Positions 9,047 through 20,720 are shown, numbered from the stretch's first letter. The stretch: 57,436 nt of DNA from Gemmatimonadaceae bacterium (GCA_044224875.1 JBGAJQ010000032.1:1-57436); one strand, 5' to 3'. Translations and numbers: made by a program. Notes: generated by a model not told the origin, from the letters alone.

Positions 9047-10017
9047 CCGGCACCCGGGCTTCTGCCTCCTCCGCCGACGCCCGCCTCGAGCGCGTCGATC
9101 CAAACTCCGTGACGGAGTTGAACGCTGTGTTTGCCGATGCGTTTACCGAGCGCTATCGGCGGGACGGCATGGTAGGGGTTCGAGTCCCGCAGTTGAACCC
9201 GGCCATCTGGCGGTATGCCATCGAGGATGCGGGAGAAGGCGCCATGCAGTGGCGGAATGATCGCGGCGAAATCGTCGCCTTCAACATTTCCCACCAGAGC
9301 GGCAGTGAAGGGTGGATGGGGCCCCTCGCCGTGCGCCCAGACGCCCAGGGTCGCGGGTTGGGAAAGCGCATCGTCCATGCGGGCACGTCGTGGTTGCAGG
9401 CACGAGGCGTGCGAGTCATCGGGCTGGAAACGATGCCCCGGACCATGGACAACATCGGGTTCTATTCCGGGCTCGGCTTTGTGCCGCAACGCCTAACGAT
9501 CACGCTTACCCTGGACGCCTCGGCCAGCGACGACGCCACGTCGCTCCTCGGACGGTTGCATGCCGCGTCTCGCGACGACGTGATGGCCCAATGTGCCCGC
9601 CTGACCAGTGCCTGTTCCCCGGGTGTCGACTTCAGTCGAGAAATCGCGCTCACCGCCGATCTTGGGCTCGGCGACACCGCGTTGCTGTGGCAACAGGGGC
9701 GCCTGGCAGGGTTCGCCCTGTTCCACACGGCGCCACTGGTGGAAGGCCGTTCCCGCGACGAGCTGCGCGTGCTCAAACTCGTCCTCGCCGACGAATCCAA
9801 CATCACCGCACTGGCCGCCATGTTGCGGGCCGTGGCTCGGCGCACGGGAACGCGACGCGTGGCCATCCGCGTCCAGGGCGAGTACCCGGGCGCCTACGCC
9901 GCCCTCGTGGCCGCGGGCGGTCGTGTGCGTTGGACCGACCTGCGCATGGCGCTCCCCGTCCATGGAGAAAGCCCCGCCGAGTCCCGCGGGATGGTCCTGT
10001 CTAACTGGGAAATCTAG
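9043..10017 (+). CDS. GNAT-family acetyltransferase (probably two GNAT folds)
   Basis: AVRPDAQGRGLG acetyl-CoA motif and NIGFYSGLGF; ATGA overlap with sbcC. Confidence 0.85.
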   Translation: MTGTRASASSADARLERVDPNSVTELNAVFADAFTERYRRDGMVGVRVPQLNPAIWRYAIEDAGEGAMQWRNDRGEIVAFNISHQSGSEGWMGPLAVRPDAQGRGLGKRIVHAGTSWLQARGVRVIGLETMPRTMDNIGFYSGLGFVPQRLTITLTLDASASDDATSLLGRLHAASRDDVMAQCARLTSACSPGVDFSREIALTADLGLGDTALLWQQGRLAGFALFHTAPLVEGRSRDELRVLKLVLADESNITALAAMLRAVARRTGTRRVAIRVQGEYPGAYAALVAAGGRVRWTDLRMALPVHGESPAESRGMVLSNWEI

Positions 10018-10023
10018 CCGCGC

Positions 10024-10452
10024 CTAACGCGAGTCGCGCCGCAGGTTCTGTCGCGCCTCGTTCTCGACGTCGGCGAGCGTTATGACGGAGGCGAACGGAC
10101 CGTAGAGCTTTGCGAAGGCGCCCGCATTGAAGGAGGCCATGTCGCGGGCGAGCAGTGCCTGTACGGCGCCCTTCGCAAGGTCACACGCGTCGCGCGAATC
10201 CGCATGAGGCGTCCGGGGGAGAATGCGCTCGACTTCGCCCAGTCGGTCACGCATGGTGTGTGCAAAGTCCGGAGCGCGCTCGGGCCCCACCAACTGGGTC
10301 GCCTCACCCGCGAGGTCCAGCGCCAGCCCATAAAACTTGTCATCCAACCGATGCGCCGATGCGATCTGCTCGAGTTGCTGCGGCGTCAGCTGTCGCAGAC
10401 GACTGACAAATGAATCCACCACGGCGGTGCGAAATCGAAGCTCCTCATCCAT
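10024..10452 (-). CDS. Hypothetical protein
   Basis: 142-aa helical ORF filling the gap after the GNAT gene; no recognised family. Confidence 0.65.
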   Translation of the reverse strand: MDEELRFRTAVVDSFVSRLRQLTPQQLEQIASAHRLDDKFYGLALDLAGEATQLVGPERAPDFAHTMRDRLGEVERILPRTPHADSRDACDLAKGAVQALLARDMASFNAGAFAKLYGPFASVITLADVENEARQNLRRDSR

Positions 10453-10562
10453 GGTTGCGCAACGTATGGGCAGCGCAATCTGTCGCCGATACGTGGTGGG
10501 AACTGCCGTTACGCTATGTAACGTCTAATCGTCTAAGTGATATCCCGCCAAGCGAAAACGTT

Positions 10563-10730
10563 TCACACGCGTTTCTTCGACTCGTCACGCTTTCGGGCGA
10601 CCGTCCGCCAGATGAGGAGAAACACACCAAGCGTCAGGAGCAGGTGAACCCAACCTGGGGCTTCGGTGAGAAAAGTGGCTACTGCCCAGATCACAAGCAT
10701 CGCCACCGCAGCAACTATTCCGAGATCCAT
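10563..10730 (-). CDS. Small two-TM membrane protein (lmo0937/DUF5670-like)
   Basis: MDLGIVAAVAMLVIW...PGWVHLLLTLGVFLLIWR with a basic tail; ATG at 10730. Confidence 0.7.
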   Translation of the reverse strand: MDLGIVAAVAMLVIWAVATFLTEAPGWVHLLLTLGVFLLIWRTVARKRDESKKRV

Positions 10731-10737
10731 ATTTGAT

Positions 10738-10766
10738 TTGACCGAAAAGGGGTGCGTCCGTACATT
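10738..10766 (+). promoter_or_regulatory. Sigma70-type promoter
   Basis: TTGACC (10738-10743), 17-bp spacer, TACATT (10761-10766). Confidence 0.75.
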
Positions 10767-10772
10767 GCGCCC

Positions 10773-10974
10773 AGCTTCGAAATAAGGGGCGAAGAGATCG
10801 ATTTTTTGAGCCAACAAGTCCAGCGAAGGGGCCCAACAGCTGGGTCGACGTCATGCCCCAGTGCGGGGAAGGCGAAAGGCGTGGTGCGGGTCTTATTCCT
10901 ATCGTTCGGGCTTCAAAAAACCCTCTTCGTTCCGACCTTGGTGGGGTTCCGTCTGGAACCCCACTTTTTCTTTT
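10773..10974 (+). ncRNA. ssrS: Probable 6S RNA (SsrS)
   Basis: Own promoter and terminator; closing stem ggggcgaagag/ttttttgagcc (10786-10812) pairs with gggcttcaaaaaa/ctcttcgttcc (10908-10933); central unpaired region and apical stem; ~200 nt; boundaries approximate. Confidence 0.65.
10941..10974 (+). terminator. Rho-independent terminator
   Basis: Perfect stem gtggggttcc-gtct-ggaaccccac followed by tttttctttt. Confidence 0.9.
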
Positions 10975-11029
10975 GGGGGCCACGCACGTAAGGTACCGGG
11001 GCGGTTCGCATTCTCCCAATTTCCCCCGC

Positions 11030-11443
11030 ATGGCCAACGTCACCGTATCGCGAAGGCTGCGCTTTAACGCGGCGCACCGCGTTCACAATCCTGCGCTCAG
11101 CGACGAGGAGAATCTGCGCCTGTTCGGGAAGTGCAACAATCCCAACTGGCATGGCCATAACTATTCGCTGGACGTCTCCGTCGAGGGGCCGATCGACCCC
11201 AACACGGGCTACGTCATTGACTTGAGCCTGGTGCGCGACGTGGTGCAGCGTGAAGTGATCGACAAGGTTGACCACAAGAACTTCAACTTGGACGTCGACT
11301 TCATGCGCGGCGTGAATCCCACCTCGGAGAACATCGTCGTCGCCTTCTGGCGTGTGCTCTCCCCGGCGCTCCAACCGGCGCGTTTGACGCGGTTGGTGTT
11401 GTGGGAAACGGAGAACAACTACGTCGAGTACCGAGGATCATGA
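11030..11443 (+). CDS. 6-pyruvoyl-tetrahydropterin synthase family (PTPS/QueD)
   Basis: FNAAHR, CNNPNWHGHNY, DHKNFN, PTSENI and LWETENN motifs; ATG at 11030. Confidence 0.92.
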   Translation: MANVTVSRRLRFNAAHRVHNPALSDEENLRLFGKCNNPNWHGHNYSLDVSVEGPIDPNTGYVIDLSLVRDVVQREVIDKVDHKNFNLDVDFMRGVNPTSENIVVAFWRVLSPALQPARLTRLVLWETENNYVEYRGS

Positions 11444-12174
11444 CAGCCGCTCCAGCAACGCCAGTCGACCTGGCGGGAGGGGGCGCCGTGGTGACCGGGG
11501 CCTCGCGGGGCATTGGTCTCGCTGTGGCCCAAGGGCTGGTAGCGATCGGACTGCGTGTGGCACTGGTGGCTCGCTCTGCCGACGCCCTGGCGCAACGCGC
11601 CAAGTCGCTCGGCCACGGTGCATTTGCGTGCCCCTGTGACCTAACGAGTGCCGACTCGGTCGGAACGGCGCTTTCAACCATCCATACCTCCCTGGGCGTA
11701 CCCGATCTCCTGGTGAGTTGCGCAGGGGTCTTCCCGCTAGCGTCCGTCGAGAACACCAGCGGTGATGACTTCGCTGCGGCGTTGCAGGCAAACCTGGTTG
11801 GGCCGTTTCGCTTGCTCCACGCACTCGCACCGGCCATGCGCGGCCGCGGTCGAGGCCACATCGTCACCGTCGGTTCGGTCGCCGACCGGACTGCGTATCC
11901 GGAGAACGCGGCGTACGCCGCGAGCAAGTTCGGCGCGCGCGCGGTGCACGAGGTGCTTCGTGAGGAAATGAGGGGTTCAGGCGTGCGGACTACGCTCATT
12001 TCCCCTGGCCCAGTGAACACGAGCCTCTGGGACTCCATCGACCCGGACACCCGACCTGGTTTCACACGGCGGGCGGACATGCTGGCGCCGCAAGATGTTT
12101 CCGACGCTGTCATATGGGCGGTGACGCGGCCCGCGCATGTGAATGTCGACGAGCTACGACTGACGAGGGCGTAG
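11440..12174 (+). CDS. SDR-family oxidoreductase
   Basis: TGASRGIG and YAASK; ATGA overlap with the PTPS gene. Confidence 0.9.
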   Translation: MTAAPATPVDLAGGGAVVTGASRGIGLAVAQGLVAIGLRVALVARSADALAQRAKSLGHGAFACPCDLTSADSVGTALSTIHTSLGVPDLLVSCAGVFPLASVENTSGDDFAAALQANLVGPFRLLHALAPAMRGRGRGHIVTVGSVADRTAYPENAAYAASKFGARAVHEVLREEMRGSGVRTTLISPGPVNTSLWDSIDPDTRPGFTRRADMLAPQDVSDAVIWAVTRPAHVNVDELRLTRA

Positions 12175-12183
12175 CCGCGCCTG

Positions 12184-12810
12184 ATGTTCATCGAATTGGT
12201 GGATCATCTGCGGTGCCTGAATGATCACGAGGAGACGTGGCTCGTTGCGGCTGTCGGTCGACTGCAGGGGCGTTACATCGCCGAGGGGTCGCTTGGCTGT
12301 CCTGTCTGTCGCGCGGAATATCCGGTGCGCGAGTTCGTGGCCTTCTTCGCATCACCTGGCAAGGGCATTCTGGCCACGCCCTCCGCAGACGCCGACCGCG
12401 TCACACGGTTGGCGGCGCTGCTCGACCTTTCGTCGCCTGGAGGGTTCGTCGCCCTGTCTCCGGGGCAGGCCGCCGTTGCTGCACCGCTTGCGCACGAATT
12501 CGACGTGCAATGCGTCGTGATCGATCCCACGGCGCAAGCCACGCCGGGGGATGGGGTTTCGGTGCTGTGCGCGAGCAGTGCCCCGTTGGCGACGGGATCT
12601 CTCCGTGGGGCTGTGCTCGACGGTGGCGTCGGACCTTCTGTGGAGGCCTTGGTTCGGGCGCTCCGACCGGGGGCCCGCCTCGTCGCTCCCGTGTCGGTCA
12701 GCGTGCCGTCAGGAATTCGCGAGCTAGCGCGTGATGCGCGGGAATGGGTGGGCGAGCGCGGACCAGAGGTGGCGCACCTGGTGTCGCTCTCTCGCGGGAG
12801 CACCCGCTAG
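12184..12810 (+). CDS. Hypothetical protein: Trm112-like N-terminus plus degenerate methyltransferase-like C-terminus
   Basis: LRCLNDH...GSLGCPVCRAEYPV at the N-terminus; VRALRPGARLV near the C-terminus. Confidence 0.6.
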   Translation: MFIELVDHLRCLNDHEETWLVAAVGRLQGRYIAEGSLGCPVCRAEYPVREFVAFFASPGKGILATPSADADRVTRLAALLDLSSPGGFVALSPGQAAVAAPLAHEFDVQCVVIDPTAQATPGDGVSVLCASSAPLATGSLRGAVLDGGVGPSVEALVRALRPGARLVAPVSVSVPSGIRELARDAREWVGERGPEVAHLVSLSRGSTR

Positions 12811-14651
12811 TCCGCCGCGCCTTCGTACAGGCCGTCGATGAGCGTCTTGTACGTCTGGTCGACCACGCGCCGCTTGACCTTCAAGGTCGGCGTGAGTTCG
12901 CCTCGCTCGATGCTGAAGTCATGTTCGAGCAGGGCAATCTTCTTCGGGGTCTCGAAGGAAGCCAACCCCGTCAGCTCAGACCGGACTTCTTTGTCCATCT
13001 TCGCCTGGATGGTGGGCATGGCCAGGAGTTGGGCGCGGTCTGTCCAGATGATGTTCTTGCGCTGCGCCCATCGTTCCAACTGATCCCAATTCGGCACCAC
13101 CAGCATCACCGGGAACTTGCGTTTGTCCCCGATCATCACGGCTTGCGAGACGTACTTGTTGGTCTTCACCGTATTCTCGATCGGCTGTGGTGCAATGTTC
13201 TTCCCGCCCGCGGTGACGATGATGTCCTTCTTGCGGTCGGTGATCCGGATGAATCCATCCTCGATCACGCCAATGTCGCCAGTGTGGAACCAGCCCTCGG
13301 GGTCGATCGCTTCGCGCGTCGCTTGGGGTTTGTTGTAGTACCCTTGCATCACGTGCGGGCCTCGCGTGAGGATCTCGCCGTCAGATGCAATTTGCACTTC
13401 GACGCCGTCGATTGGCTTCCCGATCGTGCCGATGCGGAAGTCCTGGGGCGTGTTCACGCCGATGGTGGGCGAGGTTTCCGTCAGCCCATACCCCTCGAGG
13501 ATCGTCAGGCCGGCCGCAAAGAAGAACTTGTTGATTTCCGGGGCCAATGGGGCGCCGCCTGATACAAAGTAGCGCAGCCGATTGCCCGTGCGGGCCTTGA
13601 GCTTGGAGAACACCAGCTTCTGGGCCAAGGCATAGCGCGCGCCAAGGAGTCCACCCGGTTCGCGGCCCGCCAGCTTCTCATTCGCCCACTGTTCAGCGAC
13701 CCGCCGCGCCCAGAAGAAGATCTGCTTCTTCACCGCACTGCCAGACAGCGCGTTCTCCAGAACCCGCGCGTACATCTTCTCGTACAGTCGCGGAACGGAC
13801 ATCGCGATCGTAGGTCGCACCTCCTGCATGCAGATCGGGACGAGGTCAAACGACTCCACGTAGGCAATCGACGCGCCGTTCGAGAAGTACCAGTAGTCGC
13901 CGGTGCGCTCGAAGATGTGACACAGCGGCAGGAACGAGAGTCCCACGTCGGCAACCGTGATCTCGATGCTGCGGCGGCACCCGGCCACGTTCGAATGGAT
14001 GTTGTCGTGCGACAACATGACGCCCTTGGGCGCGCCCGTGGTGCCGGAGGTGTAGATGATGGTGGCGAGATCGTTCGGCTGAACGCCTAACGCCAACCGC
14101 TCATACTCGGCGGCCGCATCGGCCGTATCGAGCGGTTCTCCGCGGCCCTCCAGATCGCGCAAGGTGAGGTCCGCAAACGGCCGCGCCGCTTCATCGAAGC
14201 TGATGACGTGTCGAAGCCCGGGGCACTCCGACCGTATGCTGGCTACTTTCTCGGCCTGAGCTGCCGTTGAAACAAAAACTGCTACGCTGCCTGAGTCGTT
14301 CAAGAGATACGGGAGCTGTTCCGCTGGCAGCGTCGCGTACAAGGGCACGTCCGCCAGACCACTCGTCAGGCACGCCCAATCCGCCAGACCCCACTCGGGC
14401 CGATTCTCCGCCAGGATGGCCACCCGATCGCCACGCATCACGCCGAGCGCTCGCAGTCCTAACGCGATGCGACGTACGCGATCCCGAATAACGCGATGTG
14501 AAATGGGCGTCCAGTGACCGGGTCCCCCGCCGGCGTCCCGCACCAGGTACGCGTCCGGTTTGTCGAATGTCCGGATCGCGTTGAAGAAGATCGCGTTCAG
14601 CGTTCCCGGTTCTGGTCGCGTCCCAACTCCACGGGCATACGTCGCTGTCAT
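12807..14651 (-). CDS. Long-chain fatty acid-CoA ligase (AMP-binding)
   Basis: YTSGTTGAPKG, EGYGLTE, WFHTGDIG, DRKKD and ELTPTLKVKR. Confidence 0.93.
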   Translation of the reverse strand: MTATYARGVGTRPEPGTLNAIFFNAIRTFDKPDAYLVRDAGGGPGHWTPISHRVIRDRVRRIALGLRALGVMRGDRVAILAENRPEWGLADWACLTSGLADVPLYATLPAEQLPYLLNDSGSVAVFVSTAAQAEKVASIRSECPGLRHVISFDEAARPFADLTLRDLEGRGEPLDTADAAAEYERLALGVQPNDLATIIYTSGTTGAPKGVMLSHDNIHSNVAGCRRSIEITVADVGLSFLPLCHIFERTGDYWYFSNGASIAYVESFDLVPICMQEVRPTIAMSVPRLYEKMYARVLENALSGSAVKKQIFFWARRVAEQWANEKLAGREPGGLLGARYALAQKLVFSKLKARTGNRLRYFVSGGAPLAPEINKFFFAAGLTILEGYGLTETSPTIGVNTPQDFRIGTIGKPIDGVEVQIASDGEILTRGPHVMQGYYNKPQATREAIDPEGWFHTGDIGVIEDGFIRITDRKKDIIVTAGGKNIAPQPIENTVKTNKYVSQAVMIGDKRKFPVMLVVPNWDQLERWAQRKNIIWTDRAQLLAMPTIQAKMDKEVRSELTGLASFETPKKIALLEHDFSIERGELTPTLKVKRRVVDQTYKTLIDGLYEGAAD

Positions 14652-14688
14652 CCCGGACTCTTGCGCGAAGGGTGTCTGTTGTACCGAA

Positions 14689-15459
14689 CTATTTCGGCTT
14701 GACAGGCACTACCATACGCGCCGGCGCGCCGAGCACCAGTGCGCCCTTGTAGCTGGCTCGGGCGGTCACGATGACGGAATCCAGCGCCGGGACCTTTCCT
14801 GGAACGAGCTTGAACCGAACACGCCGCGAAACCACACCCTGGGCATCCGTGGTGTCGGCAATCGCCGGACGGCCCTGCTCATTCACCAGGAACAACAGCG
14901 AGGTATCGCCCGGTGCCACGTCGGCACCCTGGTAACGCAGTGTGAAGTAGACCACCCATGACTTGGGGAAGGACACCGGCACGGTCTTGGACACCAACTT
15001 GAGCCTGAACTCGCCGGTGATGTTCACCGCCGGGTCATCGGGGATGCCCAGACGCAGGGTATCGGGGCGGTTGTCCACGGACAACGAGTCTGGGCGCGTG
15101 ACCACGTCCACGCTGCGCGTGATGCTCTGCAGGCCGCCGCCAGTCGCAACCACACGCGCTGTTCCAGCCGTGTTCCGGGCAATGGCGAGCCCTCCAGACG
15201 TCACCTGCAACAGGGAATCGAGCGGCACATAGGTGATCGTCTGGCCCGTGACCACATTGCCGGCGCCGTCAATGAGCTTGGTGGAGAGTGGCGCCAGTAC
15301 GCCGGTGGAGTCGCGCAGCGTGTCGCCCATGACGACGGCCGTGTAGCCCAACGGGGCGAACTCGATGGCGACGATTTCGTCCGGATTCGTCGAGAGGTCG
15401 ATGCAACCGGCCAGCGCCGAAAGGGCCAGAGCGGCGACCGTTAGGCGCCGCCGACTCAT
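14689..15459 (-). CDS. Lipoprotein with Ig-like beta domains
   Basis: Lipobox LAGC after a hydrophobic signal; beta-rich mature region. Confidence 0.7.
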   Translation of the reverse strand: MSRRRLTVAALALSALAGCIDLSTNPDEIVAIEFAPLGYTAVVMGDTLRDSTGVLAPLSTKLIDGAGNVVTGQTITYVPLDSLLQVTSGGLAIARNTAGTARVVATGGGLQSITRSVDVVTRPDSLSVDNRPDTLRLGIPDDPAVNITGEFRLKLVSKTVPVSFPKSWVVYFTLRYQGADVAPGDTSLLFLVNEQGRPAIADTTDAQGVVSRRVRFKLVPGKVPALDSVIVTARASYKGALVLGAPARMVVPVKPK

Positions 15460-16226
15460 GCGGAAAATCGCTCCGCCAACAAGGTCGCGAGGTTCACGTA
15501 GGCCTGCGATGCGGGATCACTCGGCGACCGAAGCACCACGGGCTGGCCGGCGGCGAAGGCGTCCAGGGCGGCCACCGTGCGGGGGACCACCACGTCAAAC
15601 ACCATGTTGAGCGGAAGATGAGAACGGACGTACTGCGCAATGCGCTGCGACGCTTCGTTCCCCGATTCGAACATGGTCAGCAGGATCCCATCAAGCGTGA
15701 GGTCAGGATTTGTCGCGACGATTTCCTGAATACCCCGGAGGATCTGCGGAGTTGTCTGGAGGGCAAGCGGCTCGCATTGAAGCGGCACGATCACATGCTG
15801 ACTCGACCGAAGCACCCGCTGGACGACCGGGCCCAGGCCCGGGGGCGAATCCACCACCACCACGTCGCAACGCTCTCTTGCCGTCTGCAGCAGCTCGTGG
15901 AGTATGTCCGTTTCGGCGATCAGTTCCAGGAATGTGGAGTGATCCGCCGCGTCAGACACCGACCCCGCGAGAATTGCGCGCATCCAGGGCAGGGCAGTGG
16001 GGAGAATGATCTCGCGGAGGGCGCGCTGCCCGTTCAGGTAGTCGGCAAACCCATACGTCGGATGACCGCGCCTGAGGCCGACACCGTACCGTACGGCGCC
16101 CTGGGGGTCCACGTCGACAATGAGCGTCTTGAGTCCACGCCGCGCGAACGCCGCCGCGAGATTCACCGCCGTCGTCGTCTTCCCAACACCACCCTTCTGG
16201 CTGACTACAGCGAGCACACGTCCCAC
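15456..16226 (-). CDS. ParA/Soj-family ATPase
   Basis: QKGGVGKTT deviant Walker A, VDVDPQG, VDSPPGLG and VPLQCE; GTG start at 16226. Confidence 0.9.
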   Translation of the reverse strand: MGRVLAVVSQKGGVGKTTTAVNLAAAFARRGLKTLIVDVDPQGAVRYGVGLRRGHPTYGFADYLNGQRALREIILPTALPWMRAILAGSVSDAADHSTFLELIAETDILHELLQTARERCDVVVVDSPPGLGPVVQRVLRSSQHVIVPLQCEPLALQTTPQILRGIQEIVATNPDLTLDGILLTMFESGNEASQRIAQYVRSHLPLNMVFDVVVPRTVAALDAFAAGQPVVLRSPSDPASQAYVNLATLLAERFSA

Positions 16227-16227
16227 G

Positions 16228-16704
16228 TCAGCCCTCGGATACTGGTGGCTGTTGTGATTCAGCTGGCTCCAAATCGGAGGCGGGGGCGTTGAGCTGATCG
16301 AGGGTGCTGCGGGCGCGCTCGACCCAGGCAGCCATGTGCGGTTCGCCTGGCGCCGATGCGAGGAAGCCCTCCAGATGCGTGCGCGCGCCGTCGCGATCCC
16401 CACGCTTGAGCAGGATGAACGCGAGTCCGTAATGTGCCGCCGGCAGCGTTGGCTTCAGGTCGAGCGCGCGGCGGTACCAGCGAATGGCCTCTTCCGTTCG
16501 CCCCATCTTGGAACAAACGATCGCCATGTTCTCGAGCACCTGAACGTCATTCGGCTTGTCGCGATGGGCGAGACGATAGGACGTCAGGGCGGCATCGAGG
16601 TCGCCCTGTCGCTCGAGCACGAGTGCCTCTTTGAGGTAATCGAGGCGCTGGGGCTTAAGCTCGCTGTCGGACCTGCCGCCAATGAGGCGGCTCCACCAGG
16701 ACAT
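16228..16704 (-). CDS. Tetratricopeptide repeat protein
   Basis: About three TPR units (GDLDAALTSYRLA, GRTEEAIRWYRRAL, AAHYGLAFIL). Confidence 0.85.
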   Translation of the reverse strand: MSWWSRLIGGRSDSELKPQRLDYLKEALVLERQGDLDAALTSYRLAHRDKPNDVQVLENMAIVCSKMGRTEEAIRWYRRALDLKPTLPAAHYGLAFILLKRGDRDGARTHLEGFLASAPGEPHMAAWVERARSTLDQLNAPASDLEPAESQQPPVSEG

Positions 16705-16937
16705 GCGTCAGTCGGAGGCTGAGAAGGCGCGGGCCGCGTAAGGAATTTCGCCACGCGAGACATGCTCAACATCGGGAGAGCGTGCGCGGCTATCGACCGC
16801 AAAGCTATCGTGTGCGTGTACTTGGAGCAACGGCGTCAACTCACGGTGAAAGCGTGACCTATCCGCATTCCCCGTGGCACCGGCCCGGGCCACCTCATAG
16901 GTTAGGCGACAGGTACCTTCGGCCTGCGAGTCTCGAA

Positions 16938-17459
16938 ATGTCGCCGCGCAAGTATGAAGTGGACCCCTCGAAAGGGGTCTTTCACGTTGAATGGCCACTT
17001 TTTGGCGAGCTCTCGCGGGCGCTCGCCCTGAAAGTCGCGCGCGAGTATGAACCCGAGATTGTCGTCGGTATTGCTACGGCGGGCGTCATCCCGGGAGCGG
17101 TGGTGGCCGCCATTCTCGGCTGCGACTTCCGATCGGTGTTGATCTCGCGGCGTGGATCGGCGTCGGCCATTCGCGAGACGCCCGCGGTGCTTGGCGCTGC
17201 GCCGCAGGAGGTTCGAGGAAAGCGCGTGCTGGTGGTCGACGAGACGTGTGACACCGGCGACACGATGCGGCTGGCGGTTGCCGCCGTGGTGAACGCGGGG
17301 GCCGCTGAGGTGCGCACTGCCGTTTCCTTTCGCACGGGTCCATACGAGACGGACTTTCACGCGCTGGCCACTGAGAGCACGATCGTGTTGCCGTGGGACC
17401 GCGAAGTGCTGGTGGATGGCGAACTCGTGCCGAATCCGAAGTACGAACTGACTCGTTAG
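16938..17459 (+). CDS. Type I phosphoribosyltransferase
   Basis: PRPP-binding VLVVDETCDTGDT and C-terminal IVLPWD; ATG at 16938. Confidence 0.85.
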   Translation: MSPRKYEVDPSKGVFHVEWPLFGELSRALALKVAREYEPEIVVGIATAGVIPGAVVAAILGCDFRSVLISRRGSASAIRETPAVLGAAPQEVRGKRVLVVDETCDTGDTMRLAVAAVVNAGAAEVRTAVSFRTGPYETDFHALATESTIVLPWDREVLVDGELVPNPKYELTR

Positions 17460-17473
17460 GTGGTCGAACGCAT

Positions 17474-17508
17474 CAAATGAAAACGGCGCGCCAGGCAGGC
17501 GCGCCGTT
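17474..17508 (-). terminator. Terminator hairpin between convergent genes
   Basis: Perfect 11-bp stem aacggcgcgcc-aggca-ggcgcgccgtt with a T-rich tail on the minus strand. Confidence 0.7.
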
Positions 17509-17528
17509 CGTGCACTGGCGACTTTGGT

Positions 17529-18101
17529 CTAGGCGTTCTGCGTGGTGACAGTCGCGATCGCGTCTTCGTAGCGGGCGCCGTTGGTCATCTCTTCGTAGAC
17601 CTGCTCCAGCAGCTCCGGATTCGCCACAAGGAAGCGGCAGCGCTCGGCGCCGGCCGAACGGCACTCGACCTCGAGCACCGCCACCGTTGCACCTGCGACA
17701 CGACCGAACAGGTCAGCGAACATGCCAGTGGTCAGGTGGCAGCCGGGATGATCAAGCTGTGCTTCCGCGTTGGCCTCGCCCCAATCAGCCGAATCCAGCG
17801 TCGCGACCGCATCGCCAATCGAGCCAATCTCCAGGGAGCCCCACCCCGCATCGCTGAAGAACTCCGTCACACGATGTTCGAAGGCGTCGACGTCGAGCGC
17901 CTCCGGCGCAATATCTGTACGCTCGGCCAACCAGCGACAAAACGCGTCCCACATAGCATCGCCACCCGCATATCCTGCCTCTTGCAGGTATACGGCTGCG
18001 CCTGGACCACCGTCGCGAAGGAGTGCCGCGCGCAGCGCAATGAGTGATGCGCGCGTCAACGCGAGCATACCGTGGCCCTTGAGATCGAGAGACTGAGACA
18101 T
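17529..18101 (-). CDS. V4R (4-vinyl reductase) domain protein
   Basis: AGWGSL, GCHLTTG and VLEVECRSAGAERCRF V4R signatures. Confidence 0.85.
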   Translation of the reverse strand: MSQSLDLKGHGMLALTRASLIALRAALLRDGGPGAAVYLQEAGYAGGDAMWDAFCRWLAERTDIAPEALDVDAFEHRVTEFFSDAGWGSLEIGSIGDAVATLDSADWGEANAEAQLDHPGCHLTTGMFADLFGRVAGATVAVLEVECRSAGAERCRFLVANPELLEQVYEEMTNGARYEDAIATVTTQNA

Positions 18102-18107
18102 GGCGGT

Positions 18108-20659
<2,552 letters not shown>

Positions 20660-20677
20660 AACAGTGGTCTGATAACG

Positions 20678-20720
20678 GGAAAGAAAATGGCGAGGTGAGA
20701 TGTGACCTCATCCTCGCCAT
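20678..20720 (-). terminator. Terminator-like hairpin between the GAF gene and ferritin
   Basis: Stem atggcgagg/cctcgccat with inner tgag/ctca pairing, followed by a T-rich tract on the minus strand. Confidence 0.65.

Noticed and set aside
10773..10974. Retron msr-msd interpretation of the structured RNA
   Set aside because: No reverse transcriptase gene is present in the window.
10975..11029. preQ1 riboswitch ahead of the PTPS/QueD-family gene
   Set aside because: No preQ1 stem-loop with an A-rich tail is present, and the enzyme motif is PTPS-II type.
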